Shown one piece after another: positions 60,116 through 64,000 of a stretch of 64,000 nt of DNA (its first letter is position 1; every line of letters starts with the position of its first letter). The stretch comes from a virus, in IMG/VR virus record IMGVR_UViG_3300024255_000011, positions 44,851 through 108,850 of that record; one strand, written 5' to 3'. A program made the position numbers and the translations under genes. The notes under the pieces were generated by a model. That model saw only the letters and a list, made by a program, of their open reading frames with translations. It was not told the DNA's origin and made no database searches.

Positions 60116-60394
60116 TCAGTCTTCGATAAGTTCTGCCATTGCCTCGTTCACTTCAACCTGGTTCACTCGCTCATCATCCCATCGAACACCATCACCATCT
60201 GTGGGTTGTCCCATGTCTCTCATCTCATCGATAAAGAACTGATAAGGGTTTAACAGGTCAACTCGTGCTGCTTGTTGTGCTGTCTTATAAAAACCATAGT
60301 CGTTCATCATCCACAGAACAACTGACCATGTCTCACGGTTGGTCCAACCATTGTAGTCTGTGTCTGTGAGTTGTGTCTGATAGGTGGTGGTCAT
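60116..60394 (-). CDS. Conserved phage early protein (YNGW.N.ETW family)
   Basis: YNGWTNRETW.V.LW..ND motif. Follows element J. Confidence 0.8.
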   Translation of the reverse strand: MTTTYQTQLTDTDYNGWTNRETWSVVLWMMNDYGFYKTAQQAARVDLLNPYQFFIDEMRDMGQPTDGDGVRWDDERVNQVEVNEAMAELIED

Positions 60395-60473
60395 TGGGTG
60401 TCTCCCTTGTTTACCTCCATATCATAACGCCTCAAAGGGTCGCTGCGGGGGTTCTGTTGCAAACCGTTACAGG
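60395..60473 (-). promoter_or_regulatory. Early cassette element J
   Basis: GTTGCAAA cc GTTACAGG (60456-60473); TATGAT at 60421-60426. Confidence 0.85.
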
Positions 60474-60875
60474 TCAGACCATGAACGCCTCCAGACCAGT
60501 CGCCTCACCGAACGAATAATCATATAACAACGCATCTTGACACACAATGTGTGGATGAGTGGTGTCAATACCTAACCTGTTACACATTTCAACGTGATTA
60601 TCCTCCATTAATTCTACACCATACAACATATTATCATTGATGTGTGATAACTCATGGTATTTCGATAATTCTGTCTGCAGGGTCAACAGGAAGTTCCCTG
60701 ACCCTGCTGAGGGATCAAGGAATGTGGAAGAGGGATCTTGCAACGTTGATTGTGGTATCTCTGATACCATCTGGTGACACAGTTCCATGGGTGTGAATAC
60801 CTCACCTGTTACCTTGATACGATCATCACTACGCTCAATAGATGATGTGGTTGTGTTGTGTGTGTTCTTATTCAT
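60474..60875 (-). CDS. DNA adenine methyltransferase, SAM-binding half only, 133 aa
   Basis: GEVFTP (motif X), LDPSAGSGNFL (motif I), LYGVE and IVC.DAL. No NPPY/DPPY motif. Confidence 0.8.
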   Translation of the reverse strand: MNKNTHNTTTSSIERSDDRIKVTGEVFTPMELCHQMVSEIPQSTLQDPSSTFLDPSAGSGNFLLTLQTELSKYHELSHINDNMLYGVELMEDNHVEMCNRLGIDTTHPHIVCQDALLYDYSFGEATGLEAFMV

Positions 60876-61587
60876 AGTTGTTCATGTAAATAGAGATCAA
60901 CTCATTCTTACCAAGAGATGGCACTTGAGTAATCAACGCCTCTTCTCTAAACTGTGGTTCAAGGGCAACTAAACGCTCTTGAACCTTTTTACTACATTTA
61001 ATTAAATGATGTCCAGTGTCAGCGTAATGTTCAAAGTTCTCTGTCTTGACTCTGCCTCCTGGTCCTCCTCCTTTGAGACCAATGAATACATTAGCGTCAT
61101 GTCTCTCATTATAACTAACGAACTCAAGATCAGGATGAGTGGTGAATGTAGAGATCTTATCCCTAAGAGTATCAGTCTTGATCCAACGCTGACGAACAGT
61201 CTTGATGGTCTTACCAAATGTAGTATCGGGCAATGTGACATCCTCAATACAGATAAGATCAAGTCTTACCTTGTTCTGAGATGATGGTTTGCGAATGGAG
61301 ACAGGCATAACCAGTCGAATGTCATCAGACAAGTCAGCACATTTGTTCAGGAATCGGATGGCAAGGTTGCCTCCTGACCCATAAGGTGGGTTACCAATTA
61401 CAACGTCGAATTTCATACCATCAAATTCATCAAGGTTATCTGTAACAGTCACTCCTCTTATTTTAGCAGAATAATGTCCTTTTGTTGAGTCTTCCCATAC
61501 ATAAATGTCTGATGGTGAGATGCCATAAGTTTGGATAAGAGAAAGAGTGGTGTGACCGCTTGGGTCGGCAATAATAAGATATTTCAT
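60868..61587 (-). CDS. DNA adenine methyltransferase, catalytic/TRD half (Eco57I-like), 239 aa
   Basis: KFDVVIGNPPY (motif IV), FL and VMP motifs. Only a degenerate IADPSG at the motif-I position. Confidence 0.8.
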   Translation of the reverse strand: MKYLIIADPSGHTTLSLIQTYGISPSDIYVWEDSTKGHYSAKIRGVTVTDNLDEFDGMKFDVVIGNPPYGSGGNLAIRFLNKCADLSDDIRLVMPVSIRKPSSQNKVRLDLICIEDVTLPDTTFGKTIKTVRQRWIKTDTLRDKISTFTTHPDLEFVSYNERHDANVFIGLKGGGPGGRVKTENFEHYADTGHHLIKCSKKVQERLVALEPQFREEALITQVPSLGKNELISIYMNNYE

Positions 61588-61640
61588 GGGGTTGTCCCTT
61601 GGTTCAATCCTAGATTAACACGGAGGCTCCTCCTTGTCAA
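61588..61640 (-). promoter_or_regulatory. Canonical sigma70-type promoter for the methyltransferase genes
   Basis: TTGACA (61635-61640), 17-bp spacer, TAATCT (61612-61617). Leader AACCAAGGGA resembles the cassette leaders. Confidence 0.7.
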
Positions 61641-63700
61641 GCAATTAGATCAGAGAGGACAAAGGATGGCATGGTCTGCTGGCTCCCTGTGGAGACCATA
61701 AGACCCTCAAGGGTCTCAGGGGTTGATCCCATGGATGAGACTGTTGTGGAGACCTGTGAGACCCTCCTGGAGAGGGTCTGAGAGGACAGGACACCAGAGG
61801 AGAGGAGAGAGGAGAGGAGACCAGTGTCACCAGTGACAGGAGTGTAAGATTCACAATTCACAACATCCCGGATTGTGGTGATGACATTACCCTTACTGAT
61901 CTCATTAAAGATAACCTCAGGTGTCAGTGACAAATAATACTGAACAGTCTTGATCTTCTGTTGTAACTCTGTCTTCTCTGCTGGCGTCTTATCTGATGTC
62001 CTAACCCTTGCTCCATTACCATTATTTGCCTGATCATTGATCAACAGACTCTTGGTCATTTCCTTGTCAAAGTTCTGGAAGTTGTTGAAGTCAACAGATA
62101 ACAATGATTCAAGATCCATTCCCTGAACACCACCAGTCATAAGACGAACAACAGTGCCAGGGTCAGTGGCAAGAATGTCATTAACCTGTGACTGATCCAT
62201 TGTATCAAATCCTGCATCCCACTCATAAATGGGAACAAACTCAGTGAACTCATACTCAGAGAGTGTGGGGTTGAGATCAGCAGCAAGGGTGAATGTCTCA
62301 CGCAATGACTCAAGAGCACGAGTGGGAACAAAGTCAATCACACGCCAGTTGTGATCACCACTGCCAGCCCTGAAGGCAAACTGTGACCAGAACTGAATTG
62401 ACTTACCCTCACGACAGTTGATAACAGTGTCCCAGAGTGATTGGGTCACACCCAACACATTTGCTGAGAATGTGAGACACAATGACCTGTTATGTTCACG
62501 AACAAACTGATCAATGGAGTCAGCGTCTGATTGTGTGTCACCAGTGACAACCTTTGCTGGGATAATGTGATCAACCAACTGCTGGAACAAGTGACACGCC
62601 TGAACTGAAGGGAGACACATATAAATGTGATTAGACTGATACAACAACCTGTTAGATGGTTTGATCTCTCGGTTAGTGTCAAAGAACTTGGCGATAAACT
62701 CCTTGACCAGGAACTCATCAACAAACTGATCGTTATCAACCAGGAACAGATTCTTCATTGCGTCAGGGTCATCACCATAAACCTCTGAATACTTGTCTGA
62801 CTGATACTTGGCAAGAACAACAGACATTGTGGGGCGGTCAATGATACCTGCCTCAACGTCAATCTGTTCTTGGAAGTAGTCATAAACAAACCTGTTTGAC
62901 TCAGTGGTGTCCCACAACTGATCATAAGCAGTTCCACTTACCTTGAGACATGGAGTGGTGGAGAGTGACTCACGAACCCTGATGAACTGAGATGACTTAT
63001 CACCAATGTGTGCCTCGTCATAAACCAACAGGTCAATGGTGGGCAGGTTGTCTAACTTACGAACCAGACCCTGAACAGTTGACCACAACACAATCTGTTT
63101 GTTGGTTGACTGCCAGTAGGTCAGTTGATCCTGCCAGTTCTTATCAGACAGTGACACAGTAACCATGTTCTCAAACTTATCAAATGTCTTGACATCATTA
63201 ATCCATGATTGTGACGGTGACTTGAAACGAGAGACAATTAAACTGATGTTGTGACGCTTATCAACAATATGTGACAACACCATAACTGATTTACCTGCTC
63301 GACACTTGGCGGCGAGTAAGAACTCAGTGTAGTCAGTGCGTGACTTATCAACAAACTCTTGCTGATAAGGCTTAAGAGTCAGTTGAGTGCGAGTGTTGTT
63401 ATAATATGTGAAGAACTTATATTCAATCATGTTCTCGATAACATCGAGTGTGGTGGTGTGACTGAACCACTCAGCGTATTTACGAATGCCTGGTTGTGTC
63501 TTCAACCAGGCGTGGATCTCAGTGTCAACGATATCAACGTCTTCCCACCAATGGATAAGGTTGAGTTCCTCGCCCCTGGCCTTCAGATAATTATGGAACT
63601 TAGCCCAGTCTCCATCCTTGTGTCGCTCTTCAAATGACCTGGTGGTCTGACCAATCCCAAAGACCTTGTGGTCTTGACTGGCGATAAAATAAATGTTCAT
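61637..63700 (-). CDS. GIY-YIG/T5orf172-like nuclease fused to a superfamily-2 (res-type) helicase, ~687 aa
   Basis: Nuclease-like IY...IGQTTR..EER...IH..L...EWF. Helicase motifs LKPYQ, AKCRAGKS (Walker A), DEAH, SGT and Q..FR. Start MNIYF follows element L. Confidence 0.8.
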   Translation of the reverse strand: MNIYFIASQDHKVFGIGQTTRSFEERHKDGDWAKFHNYLKARGEELNLIHWWEDVDIVDTEIHAWLKTQPGIRKYAEWFSHTTTLDVIENMIEYKFFTYYNNTRTQLTLKPYQQEFVDKSRTDYTEFLLAAKCRAGKSVMVLSHIVDKRHNISLIVSRFKSPSQSWINDVKTFDKFENMVTVSLSDKNWQDQLTYWQSTNKQIVLWSTVQGLVRKLDNLPTIDLLVYDEAHIGDKSSQFIRVRESLSTTPCLKVSGTAYDQLWDTTESNRFVYDYFQEQIDVEAGIIDRPTMSVVLAKYQSDKYSEVYGDDPDAMKNLFLVDNDQFVDEFLVKEFIAKFFDTNREIKPSNRLLYQSNHIYMCLPSVQACHLFQQLVDHIIPAKVVTGDTQSDADSIDQFVREHNRSLCLTFSANVLGVTQSLWDTVINCREGKSIQFWSQFAFRAGSGDHNWRVIDFVPTRALESLRETFTLAADLNPTLSEYEFTEFVPIYEWDAGFDTMDQSQVNDILATDPGTVVRLMTGGVQGMDLESLLSVDFNNFQNFDKEMTKSLLINDQANNGNGARVRTSDKTPAEKTELQQKIKTVQYYLSLTPEVIFNEISKGNVITTIRDVVNCESYTPVTGDTGLLSSLLSSGVLSSQTLSRRVSQVSTTVSSMGSTPETLEGLMVSTGSQQTMPSFVLSDLIA

Positions 63701-63777
63701 GGGAGTGTCCTTGGTTACCTCTGTATCATAACACCACACAGGGTCACCGCGTGGGTTCTGTTGTAAACCGTTACAAT
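63701..63777 (-). promoter_or_regulatory. Early cassette element L
   Basis: GTTGTAAA cc GTTACAAT (63760-63777); spacer hairpin with G-T pairs; TATGAT at 63725-63730. Confidence 0.85.
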
Positions 63778-64000
63778 GAACAGAACTCCACCAGTTTATT
63801 CGCAATGGTGCTGGCGTCAACACTGTTTGATGCGGAGAATGCTTCTAACTCATGGGCAATTACTTTAGGTCCAGCACCACTCTCTGTGTAAGACTTAACA
63901 ATGCTCTTGATTTGATCAGTTGTGAGTCCATTAGTTACAAACTGTTCCCATTCATCCGCATCCTCAAACAAATCACCTAACAAACCATCACCCAACTCAC
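63771..64000 (-). CDS. Partial hypothetical protein (3' end)
   Basis: Frame is open to the right edge. Its stop TAA lies inside element L. Confidence 0.6.
   Translation of the reverse strand, partial: ELGDGLLGDLFEDADEWEQFVTNGLTTDQIKSIVKSYTESGAGPKVIAHELEAFSASNSVDASTIANKLVEFCSL

Noticed and set aside
55141-63777. CRISPR array interpretation of the 11 repeats
   Set aside because: The repeats are degenerate, contain -10/RBS signals and are separated by whole genes of variable length. No cas genes are present.
55141-63777. Integron attC sites (AAC...GTT ends next to stop codons)
   Set aside because: The AAC-GTT span is only ~33 bp, shorter than known attC sites. There are no L boxes and no integrase in the window, and the GTT is explained by the -10 context.
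56728-63823. Shared N-terminal peptide QQN...Y(N/D).EV.KG in several ORF-track proteins
   Set aside because: It is the translated promoter element. It is in frame in only 6 of 11 copies, and the true ATGs lie after the Shine-Dalgarno sequence.

Overview
A 64-kb segment of a large T4-like myovirus, most likely a cyanophage. This call rests on gene content, NTAAATA late promoters and a cyanophage-type gene order. Essentially all real genes are on the minus strand. Positions 1-54.4 kb hold the late structural module: gp25-gp6-gp7-gp8, a 2584-aa VrlC/DUF4815-like protein, and about 20 fibre, adaptor and receptor-binding-like genes. These include a collagen-repeat protein, a tail-collar fibre, a 3007-aa tandem-repeat protein with a hydrophobic helix, and three proteins carrying 35 copies of a 4-Cys mini-domain. 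Positions 54.7-64 kb hold the early region of small genes, organised as cassettes. Eleven copies of a conserved ~80-bp element (10-bp-period direct repeat, GC-rich spacer that often forms a hairpin, -10 box at fixed distance, conserved leader/RBS) each start at or near the stop codon of the previous gene. The direct repeat resembles the cyanobacterial HLR1/RpaB site. The early region also carries a nuclease-helicase followed by a split, order-permuted adenine methyltransferase. No tRNA, rRNA, CRISPR array, integrase or transposase was recognised. All family assignments come from reading motifs by eye; no searches were run.
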